46,285 nucleotides of DNA from Candidatus Gribaldobacteria bacterium. GTDB taxonomy: Bacteria; Patescibacteriota; Minisyncoccia; Minisyncoccales; CG1-02-41-26. How positions within the stretch are numbered: the first letter of the stretch is position 1; each line of letters opens with the position of its first letter. The DNA lies in contig JAPLWE010000064.1 of NCBI GenBank assembly GCA_026396705.1, forward strand, positions 1-46,285, given 5' to 3'. The notes under the pieces were generated by a model. That model saw only the letters and a list, made by a program, of their open reading frames with translations, was not told the origin of the DNA and did no database searches. Of the stretch, positions 34,832 to 44,624 are shown piece after piece. The position numbers and the translations under genes are program-made.

Positions 34832-37800
34832 ATGTTTAAGCAGATAGCCAAGGTGAAACTTTTTATGAAAAAACCGTTTTTAATCTTTTTGATGGCGGTT
34901 TTTATTTTAGAATTTGCCGTTGCTTTTTTGGGGCCGCTTAAGGTTTTGGCGCAGGATAATTCTGCAAAAAAGCTTAACGCTCAAGGCCTTGAGAGGGAGC
35001 TTAAAACTTTTCAAGGTTTGTTAGCAGGCCACGATAAACAAGCGCTTTCTTTGCAATATCAGAATATTCAAACATCATATCAGAAAGTTTTGGTAGACTT
35101 GGACGCAACTAAAAGCTTTTTGGAGCAAACAAATGCATCGCCAGAAATTATTCAGCGGTTGGAAAAATTTAAAGCCGATTATCAAGTAAAAATCGGCAAA
35201 GCCCTTACAAGCTCAAGCGATTATAGCAAATTATCTAAAACTGTAGATGGCTTGCTTCCTAAAGAACAGCTAACAACCACTCCTGAAAATCCTCGGCCTT
35301 TTCAATCAACCGTAGACGGGCAGGTTATTAGAAAGAAAGAATCGTCGCTTAAGCCCAGCTTTTTGAGCTCGGTTATTTCTAGCATTAGCAAGACAATCCT
35401 TGGTAAAAGCGCTGGGCAGGTTAGCGGCGTTTTATCAAAAATAAACAGCCAACCGCTCCAGCTAGGCCTTTTGCAAACAGCCAGCATATCACCGGAATAT
35501 TTGGCCGAAGGAGGAGAAATAAAATTTAGCCAAAGCATTAAAGATTTGGCTGATAGCTTGGGCAAAGACCCGCTGAACATTCTTAATTTTGTTAAAAATA
35601 ATATTGACTATGTGCCCTATTATGGTGTTAAAAAGGGCACCGACGCCACCTTGATAGAGCGGGCGGGCAATGATTTTGATCAATCTGCTTTGTTGATAGC
35701 CCTGTTAAGATATGCTGGCTATCCAGCCAAGTATCAAAGGGGCCAAATCAAATTAAGCTTGAGCCAAGCCATGAATCTTTTGGGCGTAGATGACCCGATT
35801 GTGGTGGCCAAAATGTTTTCCAAAACTCATATTCCTTATATTTTATACACCGACGCCAATGACGCGCCTTTATTTTTTGTGATAGAGCACACCTGGGTTA
35901 CATCGTATATTACCTATGATTACACACAAGGCATTGTTCAAAACGCCAACGAGGCCGACAAAATGTGGGTGCCTCTGGAGCCCAGCTTGAAAGCGATTTA
36001 TTCCAGCCAGGTGGAAGATGTGGTTGATGAAATGGGGTTTAATGCGGCCAGCTTTTATGAGGCCTACTTGCAGGGGGCTTATGGCAGCCAAAAACCAATG
36101 CAGGCCTTTCGCGCCCAAATTGAAAGCTATCTAACAGCCAATCATCCGGATTTAGTTTATGATGATATTTTAACCAAGAGATATCGCCAAAGCGAAAAGT
36201 TGGAATTTATTCCCAATACCTTGCCCTATGAAATTATTGAGAACATCGCCGAGTATGCCCAAGCCCCGGAAAGCTTAAAACACAAAATAAATTTTCGGCT
36301 CACTGATCAAGCTCAAGGCACAGAGCTGCTAAATTGCACTACCACCTTGGCTGATTTGGCCGACAAGCAATTGGCTATCACTTACACAGCCGCCAGCGCC
36401 GCTGACCAGCAAGTGATTGACTCGTTTGGCGATATTTATAATGTGGTGCCTTTATCCTTGGTTCACATCAAGCCCGTGGTTAAGGCGCAGGGCGTAATTA
36501 AGTGCGGCGGCTTGGCTGGCGCTCCAGAAATCGCCTTGGGCAAAAAACAAAACTTAACCATGACATTTTTAACCCCCGGCCAAACCAATGGGCAATTGAC
36601 AACCTTGACTGAGGACATAATACAAAAAGAAGTAATTGCCGGCAACGACGAGGGAGTGGCCATTAACACCGACCGCATTGTTTTGCCCGAAACCCGGCCC
36701 CAGCAAGACACCCAAACAGCCGAGTTTGCCTCTTCGCAAAAACTTTACCGCACCGCTCTTAACTATTTAGGTCGTTTGCAGGAAAGCCACAACGAGCTGG
36801 CCCAAGTGTTGGGGGGAGAATTTACCAACGAGGCCACAAGAGCCATAGTGTTTAACGGCATTGATATTAGCTACCAGGCCGGCCAGCCCTACAGCTTTAC
36901 TTGGAAAGGTCTGCGCATTGACTCTTCATCTAAGGTAAACTATTTTAGCCACTTTGGCTCGGACATTAAAAAGAACCAAACAAGATTTATGCATTTGTTT
37001 GGCTTGGAGGGCTCGCTCAACGAAAGCAGTATTTTTGAAGAGGACTACAACATAGAAGCCATGAGCACGGTCAAGGGTTTGAAAATGATTAACCAAGGCC
37101 AGATTCCTAATCGGAGCGTGATAAAAATCACCAGCGCCAACCGCAACGCCATCAACGCTTTAATTATCTCCGAAGCGCTCAAAACCAAATTCCGCGCCAG
37201 TGTGGACAATGGCAACACCATTTACACCCCCAACCAGCAATTCACCTACCAAAACTGGACTGGCCTGGTCTATATTGACCTCAACCCCAACAACGGCGAC
37301 GCCGGCTACATTATCGGCGAGGGACTGAATGGGGGGTATACGGTAGAACAATGGCCGAGCGGTTGGGGACATCTCTGGAGAACGCATTTAACTCCTAATT
37401 TAACCGCCCAGATTATTTCTCCCACGCCAAACCAAATATTTACCCAAGGTAGTAAAATACCTTGGTTCGCCCACTACGAAAGCGTAGTAGCTGGCCAGTT
37501 GCTCTATGGGTGGAACGAGAGTTTTCCACTTAATGCCGCGACAACAACCGGCATTCAAACCCTACGCAGCGGCTATGGCACCAACAAGAGTGTGAGTGTA
37601 GTGATAAAAGGCCCTCAAAACCCTATGCAGATTGTATGTTATTCTGAATTAGAAAGTAGAACATTGCCAGCTGCTTCTGGGTTAATTGCCGAAGAAATGC
37701 ACTTGCCATTATGGATTGATAAAAGTTCTGGCGTTTATAAACAAAGATTAAACGATCAAGAACAATTTAATAAGCAGGATGATATTTATACACACCCTAC

Positions 37801-38212
37801 TTCTTTCCCTGATTTTTTTGATAATCTTACTGGTGCGGCGCAAACCACTAATAATATTAATAACCCCTGGATTGATCCTAAAACTGATAAATACTGGACT
37901 ATGTCAATTACTTACGCAGCATTTAATAAACCAGCTAAAGAAAATGACCACGAAAAATACTATATGAACATGAGGTGGGTCTATGGTAGCAGTAAGACAT
38001 GGTGGTTTGGCAAAAAGATTTGGATAAAAAACCCAATTACCCGGAAGGCTATAGTTGCTGGCATATTAGATTATGGGCCAGCCGAGAATACAGGCAGGGT
38101 GGCAGGCGCTTCACCAGAAGTTTTTAAGGCCATAGGGGTAAATAATGATAGCGTAGTAGAATTTTGTTGGGCAGACCAAGAGGCAGCTTATGGAAGTGTT
38201 ATAAGCTATTAA
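34832..38212 (+). CDS. Large secreted transglutaminase-like protein with C-terminal double-psi beta-barrel (RlpA-like) domain
   Basis: Signal peptide (possible start 34865, MKKPF..VLA|QD). Transglutaminase-like core GNDFDQSALLIALLR.AGYPA.Y, HTWV, WVPLEPS. GYIIGEGLNGG near aa 835. C-terminal AIVAGILDYGPAENTGRVAGASPEVFKAIG. Confidence 0.8.
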   Translation: MFKQIAKVKLFMKKPFLIFLMAVFILEFAVAFLGPLKVLAQDNSAKKLNAQGLERELKTFQGLLAGHDKQALSLQYQNIQTSYQKVLVDLDATKSFLEQTNASPEIIQRLEKFKADYQVKIGKALTSSSDYSKLSKTVDGLLPKEQLTTTPENPRPFQSTVDGQVIRKKESSLKPSFLSSVISSISKTILGKSAGQVSGVLSKINSQPLQLGLLQTASISPEYLAEGGEIKFSQSIKDLADSLGKDPLNILNFVKNNIDYVPYYGVKKGTDATLIERAGNDFDQSALLIALLRYAGYPAKYQRGQIKLSLSQAMNLLGVDDPIVVAKMFSKTHIPYILYTDANDAPLFFVIEHTWVTSYITYDYTQGIVQNANEADKMWVPLEPSLKAIYSSQVEDVVDEMGFNAASFYEAYLQGAYGSQKPMQAFRAQIESYLTANHPDLVYDDILTKRYRQSEKLEFIPNTLPYEIIENIAEYAQAPESLKHKINFRLTDQAQGTELLNCTTTLADLADKQLAITYTAASAADQQVIDSFGDIYNVVPLSLVHIKPVVKAQGVIKCGGLAGAPEIALGKKQNLTMTFLTPGQTNGQLTTLTEDIIQKEVIAGNDEGVAINTDRIVLPETRPQQDTQTAEFASSQKLYRTALNYLGRLQESHNELAQVLGGEFTNEATRAIVFNGIDISYQAGQPYSFTWKGLRIDSSSKVNYFSHFGSDIKKNQTRFMHLFGLEGSLNESSIFEEDYNIEAMSTVKGLKMINQGQIPNRSVIKITSANRNAINALIISEALKTKFRASVDNGNTIYTPNQQFTYQNWTGLVYIDLNPNNGDAGYIIGEGLNGGYTVEQWPSGWGHLWRTHLTPNLTAQIISPTPNQIFTQGSKIPWFAHYESVVAGQLLYGWNESFPLNAATTTGIQTLRSGYGTNKSVSVVIKGPQNPMQIVCYSELESRTLPAASGLIAEEMHLPLWIDKSSGVYKQRLNDQEQFNKQDDIYTHPTSFPDFFDNLTGAAQTTNNINNPWIDPKTDKYWTMSITYAAFNKPAKENDHEKYYMNMRWVYGSSKTWWFGKKIWIKNPITRKAIVAGILDYGPAENTGRVAGASPEVFKAIGVNNDSVVEFCWADQEAAYGSVISY

Positions 38213-38226
38213 GGTATATAAACTTT

Positions 38227-39534
38227 ATGATTCAAAAAAATAAATTAATTGTTAAATTATTTATTATATTTATAGCCATTAGTGTTGGCGTTATTTTGTA
38301 TTTCTTGTATCCAGATTTATTTAAAAAGCAAAACATTCAAGTAGAAAAAGTTGAGAAAAGTATAGAATTTCAAAAGTTAGATATCCAACGAGTAATAACA
38401 AATCAAAAATATTACGAATATACACATGGGGTAAATTCGCCTATTTTCAACTCAAAAAATGAAAAATTATTATATACAGCAGGAGATCTATTCTCCTTGC
38501 CTAAAATTTATTCTTTGGATATAAGTTCTCAACAAAGACAGGAATTATCTAATAGTTTTGGATTTGTATCGCAAGTTATATGGTCTCCAGATTATAACTA
38601 TGCAATTATAGAGATGAGCAATCTCAAGTATGAGCTAGGAGTAGAGCAAAGTGTTTTTTTAGTAAAGGATGCGCCAGACGGAGTTTCTACTTTCTGGTTT
38701 TATGACTTAAGCAATAACAAGACAATATACTTAGACTGGAAAATGCAAGCAGTGAGTTGGTCGCCTCAAGGAGATAAAATTGCATATATTTACCAAGAAG
38801 ATAAAAAGCATTATACGCTTTACACTTCAAACCCGGATGGCTCGCAAGCAAAGAAAATCATTGACTTGAGAGGTGAGGGCACAGAGTATTTTAAAGATAT
38901 CGCAGTAGCAAACCAGGAGGATAACTATTTGTATTACTGGGATGGTGGACTTGCTTGGTCCCCGCTTGGAAATGATATTATTTATTGGGGCAAAGGTTCG
39001 CCTGGACTTATTTTGGTTGGCTTAGATGGAAATGAAAAAATACTAAAACAAGCAGAGCTAGTGGATGGCGCGCAATGGTCACCTGACGGAAATCTTATTC
39101 TTTATTCTGTACAACAGACAAAAGACGCAAAAGTAATTCTTGCCTTGATGAATGCAAGTGATAATTTCAAAGAGCAAGTCGTAGACGATAAATTAGAGTT
39201 TAATGTTCCAAGATGTGTTTGGTCTAAAAAAGATGCTGAAGTAGTTTATTGCTTATCTTTAGCAGAACTAGGCAATAAATTTTACAAAATTAATCTAAAT
39301 AAAAAAGAAATTACTGGACTAATCGATTTAGACAAATATGAAAGCAGGGAGCTATTTAGCAGAGATTCTTTGTCTTTGGCATGGGTAAAAGATAAAAATG
39401 ATAAAGGATTTTTGTTACAAGAGAAAAAAAGAAAGATTACCTATATTTTTCTTGACCCGAAAGAAGAAAAACTATATTTTAAATTTTTTGATATTTTATA
39501 CGCAATTAATTTGAAAGAAAAGGTGCAAGAATAA
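38227..39534 (+). CDS. Membrane-anchored TolB-like beta-propeller protein
   Basis: N-terminal TM helix; repeated WSPD/WSPQG/WSPLG/WSPDG motifs. ATG at 38227 preferred. Confidence 0.8.
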   Translation: MIQKNKLIVKLFIIFIAISVGVILYFLYPDLFKKQNIQVEKVEKSIEFQKLDIQRVITNQKYYEYTHGVNSPIFNSKNEKLLYTAGDLFSLPKIYSLDISSQQRQELSNSFGFVSQVIWSPDYNYAIIEMSNLKYELGVEQSVFLVKDAPDGVSTFWFYDLSNNKTIYLDWKMQAVSWSPQGDKIAYIYQEDKKHYTLYTSNPDGSQAKKIIDLRGEGTEYFKDIAVANQEDNYLYYWDGGLAWSPLGNDIIYWGKGSPGLILVGLDGNEKILKQAELVDGAQWSPDGNLILYSVQQTKDAKVILALMNASDNFKEQVVDDKLEFNVPRCVWSKKDAEVVYCLSLAELGNKFYKINLNKKEITGLIDLDKYESRELFSRDSLSLAWVKDKNDKGFLLQEKKRKITYIFLDPKEEKLYFKFFDILYAINLKEKVQE

Positions 39535-39568
39535 GGTAACGGAATGCAATAGTTGGTGATGTAAGATT

Positions 39569-40036
39569 ATGAAATATCTAAACAAAAAAATAGTAATTCA
39601 CATCGTTATTATTTTAGTGCTTTTAGCAATCTACTTACTGCTGACAAGGTGGCCTGCTCCCAAAAATTTTGATAATATAAAAAACAGTCAAAATGTATCT
39701 GTAGATGATATTAACAACGATAATTGGCAGGAGATAACAATTTTTTCTATTGATGGGAAGTTGCTTAATACTGAAATTTATACCTTAAAAAATGGCAAGT
39801 TGTTTACGATTATATTTAAAGATGGAGATAAAGAGGTAAAAATATGGAGCGAGAAAAGGCCAGAGTTTATTGATTTGAACAATGATGGAAAAAAGGAAAT
39901 TGTTATTACGCATTTTTTAGCTGGCAAAACCTTAACCGAGACAGTAATCATAAAAGAATTTTTTAGATGGAATGGTGAATATTACGAAAAATATAACGAA
40001 GAGAAAAACATTGAGGACAGCGGATTTCAAGGATAA
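39569..40036 (+). CDS. Membrane-anchored protein with DxNxDG Ca-binding (FG-GAP/VCBS-like) motifs
   Basis: N-terminal TM; DINNDNWQEI and DLNNDGKKEI. Confidence 0.7.
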   Translation: MKYLNKKIVIHIVIILVLLAIYLLLTRWPAPKNFDNIKNSQNVSVDDINNDNWQEITIFSIDGKLLNTEIYTLKNGKLFTIIFKDGDKEVKIWSEKRPEFIDLNNDGKKEIVITHFLAGKTLTETVIIKEFFRWNGEYYEKYNEEKNIEDSGFQG

Positions 40037-40044
40037 ATTGAATT

Positions 40045-40686
40045 ATGTTGCAGAAATATAAAATTATTCTTGGGTTATTGATATTTGTAGCATTTTTGGC
40101 TTTGATTTTTCTTTTTAGGGGGGTTATTTCTAGATCAGAAAAACCATTAGTTGAAAATGACGAATTAAAACTGTTAAGACAGTTTTTTCCCGAGAAATCA
40201 ATTGCTCCTCAAAGCGATGAAGGCCACCATATTATTGACGGAAAAGATTATTATGTAAAATCAATGGGTGATATTAATCATGACGGTTCCATAGAGTTTG
40301 TAAGCATGGAGATTGTTCAGGATCAAGGTAAAACATACAGATTTTATAAAAAAACAGCCAATGGTTATTTGCTTTTAGGAAAAGACACGAGTTTGATATG
40401 GCATTTGGAAGATGAGAAAAATAAAGAAATGGAATTTATAATGAAGGATATCACGGGAGACGGCACAGATGAGATATTGATTCCGTTTTTAATTAGTGGT
40501 TCTAATGTTGTACCTTATCATATATTTATGATTGATAGCGGAACTCAAAAGTTAAAACAAATGTTCGAAAAAAGTTATTTTTCTGCGAAGCCAGAGGGTG
40601 AAATTACTTTTGACGAAATCTATAGGGAGAACAATTTGGTAATAATGACATGGCACGGGACAAACGAAAGGGGAAAAATATATTGA
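40045..40686 (+). CDS. Membrane-anchored DxxxDG-motif protein; possibly the N-terminal half of a frameshifted gene
   Basis: N-terminal TM; GDINHDGSIE and DITGDGTDEI; overlaps the next ORF by 37 bp. Confidence 0.65.
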   Translation: MLQKYKIILGLLIFVAFLALIFLFRGVISRSEKPLVENDELKLLRQFFPEKSIAPQSDEGHHIIDGKDYYVKSMGDINHDGSIEFVSMEIVQDQGKTYRFYKKTANGYLLLGKDTSLIWHLEDEKNKEMEFIMKDITGDGTDEILIPFLISGSNVVPYHIFMIDSGTQKLKQMFEKSYFSAKPEGEITFDEIYRENNLVIMTWHGTNERGKIY

Positions 40687-41438
40687 ATTTTGAAAAAAGC
40701 GCAGGAGCTTATCGGAATCCCGACACCGATGCTGAGGAAGATTATAAGTATAAAGAAGAGATCAATAAAGATGGAGGTGTGTGGGCAGATAGTTTAAATC
40801 AAAAAGAAATCTCAAAATGCTTGGAAGTTAAGGGAAAATTAAATGAAAGAAGTTGCCTCTTTTTAGATGACTTAAAAAGCGTAGTAAATTTGGAAGATAG
40901 CAACAGCCTGATAGCAACCTTTAAGATAAAAAGAATAATCGCAGACGAAACTTCTTGTGGCGTCCCTAATAACCAGCAGATTATTGGAGATTTTAATTTG
41001 TATCTTGTGGATAAATACTACAATATTTTAGAAAAATTTAATCTTAGCGATGCTACTCTCCTTCAGAGTGAATATGCAGGGGATCCTTTGTTGGAAGTGA
41101 TAGATGACAAAGAAATAGAAAAGTTTTATCAACCATGGGATATAGATGGAGATGGCAAAAAGGAAGAGTTTGTTGTTCAAGAGTATGGTAGTTGCAATGG
41201 TAATATTTGGAAATTTATGAAGTACAACCAAAACAATAAAAAAATAGAAAATATTTTGTTTGTAAACGATAAAGGCGACACCATGGAAGAAATATTTGTT
41301 AATCCTGGAAAAGATGCCATAAAAATTAGCGATGGATTAATTGAATATAACAATTACGATAACGCAAGCGGAAATTTTTCAGACAATGTTTATAAATTTG
41401 ATGCCGTAAAGAATAGTTTTCAATGGCAAAAACCATGA
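40650..41438 (+). CDS. DxDGDG-motif protein; possibly the C-terminal half of a frameshifted gene
   Basis: DIDGDGKKEEF..QEYGSCNG; no signal or TM segment of its own; lies in the -1 frame relative to the preceding ORF. Confidence 0.6.
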   Translation: MARDKRKGKNILNFEKSAGAYRNPDTDAEEDYKYKEEINKDGGVWADSLNQKEISKCLEVKGKLNERSCLFLDDLKSVVNLEDSNSLIATFKIKRIIADETSCGVPNNQQIIGDFNLYLVDKYYNILEKFNLSDATLLQSEYAGDPLLEVIDDKEIEKFYQPWDIDGDGKKEEFVVQEYGSCNGNIWKFMKYNQNNKKIENILFVNDKGDTMEEIFVNPGKDAIKISDGLIEYNNYDNASGNFSDNVYKFDAVKNSFQWQKP

Positions 41439-42175
41439 TTTTGAAGAAAATTATTTTTATAGTTTTATTGATAGTAATAGCTTTTTATTTATTTTACTTT
41501 TTTGCGGTGATGGGATTAAAGCCAAAGATAATTCTCTGGGCATGGGAAGGGCCAGAAAATATGATGTTTCTTGAGTATAAAAACAATGTAACCGTTGCTT
41601 TCTATGCTGGAGGCATTGAGATAAGAGATGGTGAAATAATAATAAAATCAAGAGCCAATCCCTTAATTGTTGATCCTCAAAAAAAGTTAACAGCGGTTAT
41701 AAGAATTGATAATTTTTCAACAAGAGAAGATTTAGAAAAATATACTCCGCAAATATCAGAGTTTATTGTTAAAAAATGCCAACAAAAAAATGTTTTTCAT
41801 TGCCAAATAGATTTTGATGCCAAGGAGTCGGAGAGAAAGGCGTATAAAGAAATTATTTTGAATGTTAAAAAAGGCCTCCCATCTTGTATTGATATATCTA
41901 TTACAGCTTTGGTTTCTTGGTGCAGTTATGACAATTGGATTAAAGATTTGCCAATATCAGAAGCTGTACCCATGTTTTATAGCTTGGGGCTTGGGGAAGA
42001 ATATGTTAAAAGAAATTTTAAGTTAAGAGAGAAAAAATGCGCAAAATCGATTGGTGTCTCTTTAGATGAATCCTTGCCAGTAAAAAAGTATATTGAGGGC
42101 AAAAAAATATACATATTTAGCGCAAATCCATGGACCGAAGAATCTTTTTTAAAAGCAGTAGAATTGCTTAAATAA
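41435..42175 (+). CDS. DUF3142-like (GH18-type barrel-like) membrane-anchored protein
   Basis: LWAWE.PE, AVIRID, QIDFDA..SER..Y, SITALVSWC, EAVPMFY; ATGA-coupled start at 41435. Confidence 0.75.
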   Translation: MILKKIIFIVLLIVIAFYLFYFFAVMGLKPKIILWAWEGPENMMFLEYKNNVTVAFYAGGIEIRDGEIIIKSRANPLIVDPQKKLTAVIRIDNFSTREDLEKYTPQISEFIVKKCQQKNVFHCQIDFDAKESERKAYKEIILNVKKGLPSCIDISITALVSWCSYDNWIKDLPISEAVPMFYSLGLGEEYVKRNFKLREKKCAKSIGVSLDESLPVKKYIEGKKIYIFSANPWTEESFLKAVELLK

Positions 42176-42180
42176 TTAAA

Positions 42181-44607
42181 ATGAAAATCTTTTATATAAA
42201 ATTAAAAATTGTAGTTATAGCTTTTTTACTCATTGCTATTTTAGGTGGCGATATTGTTAATGCTTGTAGTTTTTCAAGTACTAACATCTATTCAACAGAA
42301 GATATGGACATATACTATCCGTCGGTAAAAAGCGAAAAACTTTCGAATGGTGAATACGGAATAGTTGGCGCAAGGTTAGGGCTAGAATATCTCTATCCTA
42401 TTTATTTGTCATTGAGCGGGAAAAAGATACCCTCCAAAGACATGGAAGCAAATCAACAAGTAGAGGACGATTGGATAAAAACTCGCGAGTTGTTTGTTGG
42501 GAACAATATTAAAGTTGATAGCTATCAAAGCGATAGCTATGGCTATTATACTAATTGTTTATCTGACGCTTTTTCAGTGGCAGCAAAAACTCTTAAAGAA
42601 AGAGCCAAAGTTTACAATAAAGAGGAATTAAAAACATGGATAAATGGCCAGGACGCTGTGTTTGCTAATTGTAGCAACAGTGCCCAAGTATATGGGGATT
42701 TTAGTAATAATATAAAAAAGTTTGAGAGATTAGGTGTGGTACAGAATTTTTTTAGGAAAATTAAAGTATTCTTTTTGAGTTTTTCTGCCAAGATTAAAAG
42801 TTTATTTTCGCGCAATAAAGGGCAAACAAGCGTTGCGCCTATAGCTAAAAATTTGTCATCCAACCAACTTCTTGTGTTCGATATGGAATATCAAGAGGCC
42901 GCTGCTTTGTTTTACAAAGGAAAGTTTGATGAGGCGATAGAGGAATTTAAAAAGATTTCCGAAAATAATCAACAACCATGGCGGGGATACGCTAAATTAG
43001 TGATAGGGAGGGCCTATATAAGAAAAGCTAATTTATTGCAAAAAGATGATTATAATTTTAGGCTATATTTCAGTGATGATTATAAGAAAGAAGAAAACAA
43101 ACCAATATTTGATTTATATAAAAATGCAAAAGAACAATTTACGGCAATTATCAACGACGAATCTTTAGCTTATTTGCACAGCGGATCTAGAGACCTTTTA
43201 AATTATGTTAATTTTAGGATTGACCCTAAAACTCGAATGAAAGATGGGGAGAATATTTTGCTTGATGCAAATTCCTCGCCTGAAGACATTGCAAAAAATT
43301 TAGATGACCTTTCTATAATTTCATATTATAATTTATATATAAATGCTTATGGGACACAATGGTTGTCTCAAAAGAATGAAGCTGTTTATAATGATTACAA
43401 AAGTTATATAGTTCAAGAAGGGGGAGATTTTCTAAAATGGGTTTTAGTGTGGTGGAGTAATGACAGCGACGAGCTATCTAATTTAGCAATTAAGAAATAT
43501 CAAGAAACAAATTCTCTTGCTTGGCTGGTTGCATCCTTAAAAATATTGAAGCCAAGTTATTCTATGGCAGATACAATACTTGCTGAAGCCGAAAAAATCA
43601 CAAAGGATTCTCCTGCTTATCTAACCATTAACTATTATCGAGCGAAGTACTTTTTAGAAAATAACGAAAAAGAAAAAGCTAAAACTATTGTAGATAATTT
43701 ATTAAAAGAAAGAGATTATTCAGACATGCCTGCGGTAGAAAATTATTTGGCGGATATACGCATGCAATCTTCTGTTAGCTTGGACGACGCATTACCCTTT
43801 ATGTATAGAAAAATAGTGGCTGTTATTGATGACTTTGCTCCTATAAGCATTTTAGATGGAAAAGATAGCGAAATGGACAGTAAGGCAGCTAGAGTATTTA
43901 ATGAGTATATACCTATAGATGAATGGGATAGATTGTTTTCCAAAGACAGCTTTTATCCACAGATATTAGAGGGGTTGAGATTAATAACATTCGTGCGAGC
44001 TTCAATATTGAATAGATTTGACATTGCGGATAATATGGCGACTCTCCTCGCGAAAAATAATAAAGATATAGAAAAAGAGCTTCACGATTATCTTAATACT
44101 CAAAACTCAGATGATAAAAAATATCTATCTGTTCTTTTCATGCTTAATCACCCGAATTTAGATGATACCATTAGTTATGCGTTACAAGGCGTGCCTATTT
44201 ACTCAAACAAAGGAAATTATTCTTACCATAGTAATTGGTGGTGTAGTTATCTTCCTACTGAAAGTGATTATTACAAAGAATATCGAGATAAATACAGCGT
44301 AGAGGTTATGAAATATTTAGTTTCTGAGCAAGATGCTAACAAGGCAAGCGTAGAAAGCGCAATTATAGATAGTCAGTTTCCTTCTAATTATTTTTCAGAA
44401 GTTGTTATTAACTATGCGTTAAAAAACCCTTTATATCCTGGTATTCCAGAGGCCTTGCATCTAGCTGTAGACTCGGCTAAGTTCGCTAGCTGTAGCAATG
44501 CAGAATCTGGCGCTTTATCTAAAAGGGCATACGACATACTTCATGATAATTATCCAGACAATGAATGGACTAAAGAAACACCTTATTGGTATGGTAATGA
44601 ATTCTAA
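42181..44607 (+). CDS. Large exported helical/TPR protein
   Basis: Signal peptide ending in NAC; YQEAAALFYKGKFDEAIEEF TPR; C-terminal PEALHLAV...LSKRAYDILH.NYP.NEWT..TPYWY, typical of the proteins paired with DUF3142. Confidence 0.75.
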   Translation: MKIFYIKLKIVVIAFLLIAILGGDIVNACSFSSTNIYSTEDMDIYYPSVKSEKLSNGEYGIVGARLGLEYLYPIYLSLSGKKIPSKDMEANQQVEDDWIKTRELFVGNNIKVDSYQSDSYGYYTNCLSDAFSVAAKTLKERAKVYNKEELKTWINGQDAVFANCSNSAQVYGDFSNNIKKFERLGVVQNFFRKIKVFFLSFSAKIKSLFSRNKGQTSVAPIAKNLSSNQLLVFDMEYQEAAALFYKGKFDEAIEEFKKISENNQQPWRGYAKLVIGRAYIRKANLLQKDDYNFRLYFSDDYKKEENKPIFDLYKNAKEQFTAIINDESLAYLHSGSRDLLNYVNFRIDPKTRMKDGENILLDANSSPEDIAKNLDDLSIISYYNLYINAYGTQWLSQKNEAVYNDYKSYIVQEGGDFLKWVLVWWSNDSDELSNLAIKKYQETNSLAWLVASLKILKPSYSMADTILAEAEKITKDSPAYLTINYYRAKYFLENNEKEKAKTIVDNLLKERDYSDMPAVENYLADIRMQSSVSLDDALPFMYRKIVAVIDDFAPISILDGKDSEMDSKAARVFNEYIPIDEWDRLFSKDSFYPQILEGLRLITFVRASILNRFDIADNMATLLAKNNKDIEKELHDYLNTQNSDDKKYLSVLFMLNHPNLDDTISYALQGVPIYSNKGNYSYHSNWWCSYLPTESDYYKEYRDKYSVEVMKYLVSEQDANKASVESAIIDSQFPSNYFSEVVINYALKNPLYPGIPEALHLAVDSAKFASCSNAESGALSKRAYDILHDNYPDNEWTKETPYWYGNEF

Positions 44608-44624
44608 AATATTTTAATAAAAAG

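Noticed and set aside
34822..34839. Leaderless 5-codon uORF MKVYV ahead of the transglutaminase-like gene
   Set aside because: Too short to support; such ATG-stop pairs arise often in AT-rich DNA.
463..43943. Numerous 60-160 aa antisense or alternate-frame ORFs in the track (e.g. 18862-19344, 14874-15251, 12219-12572)
   Set aside because: They lie wholly within well-supported genes and show no recognisable motifs or expression signals.
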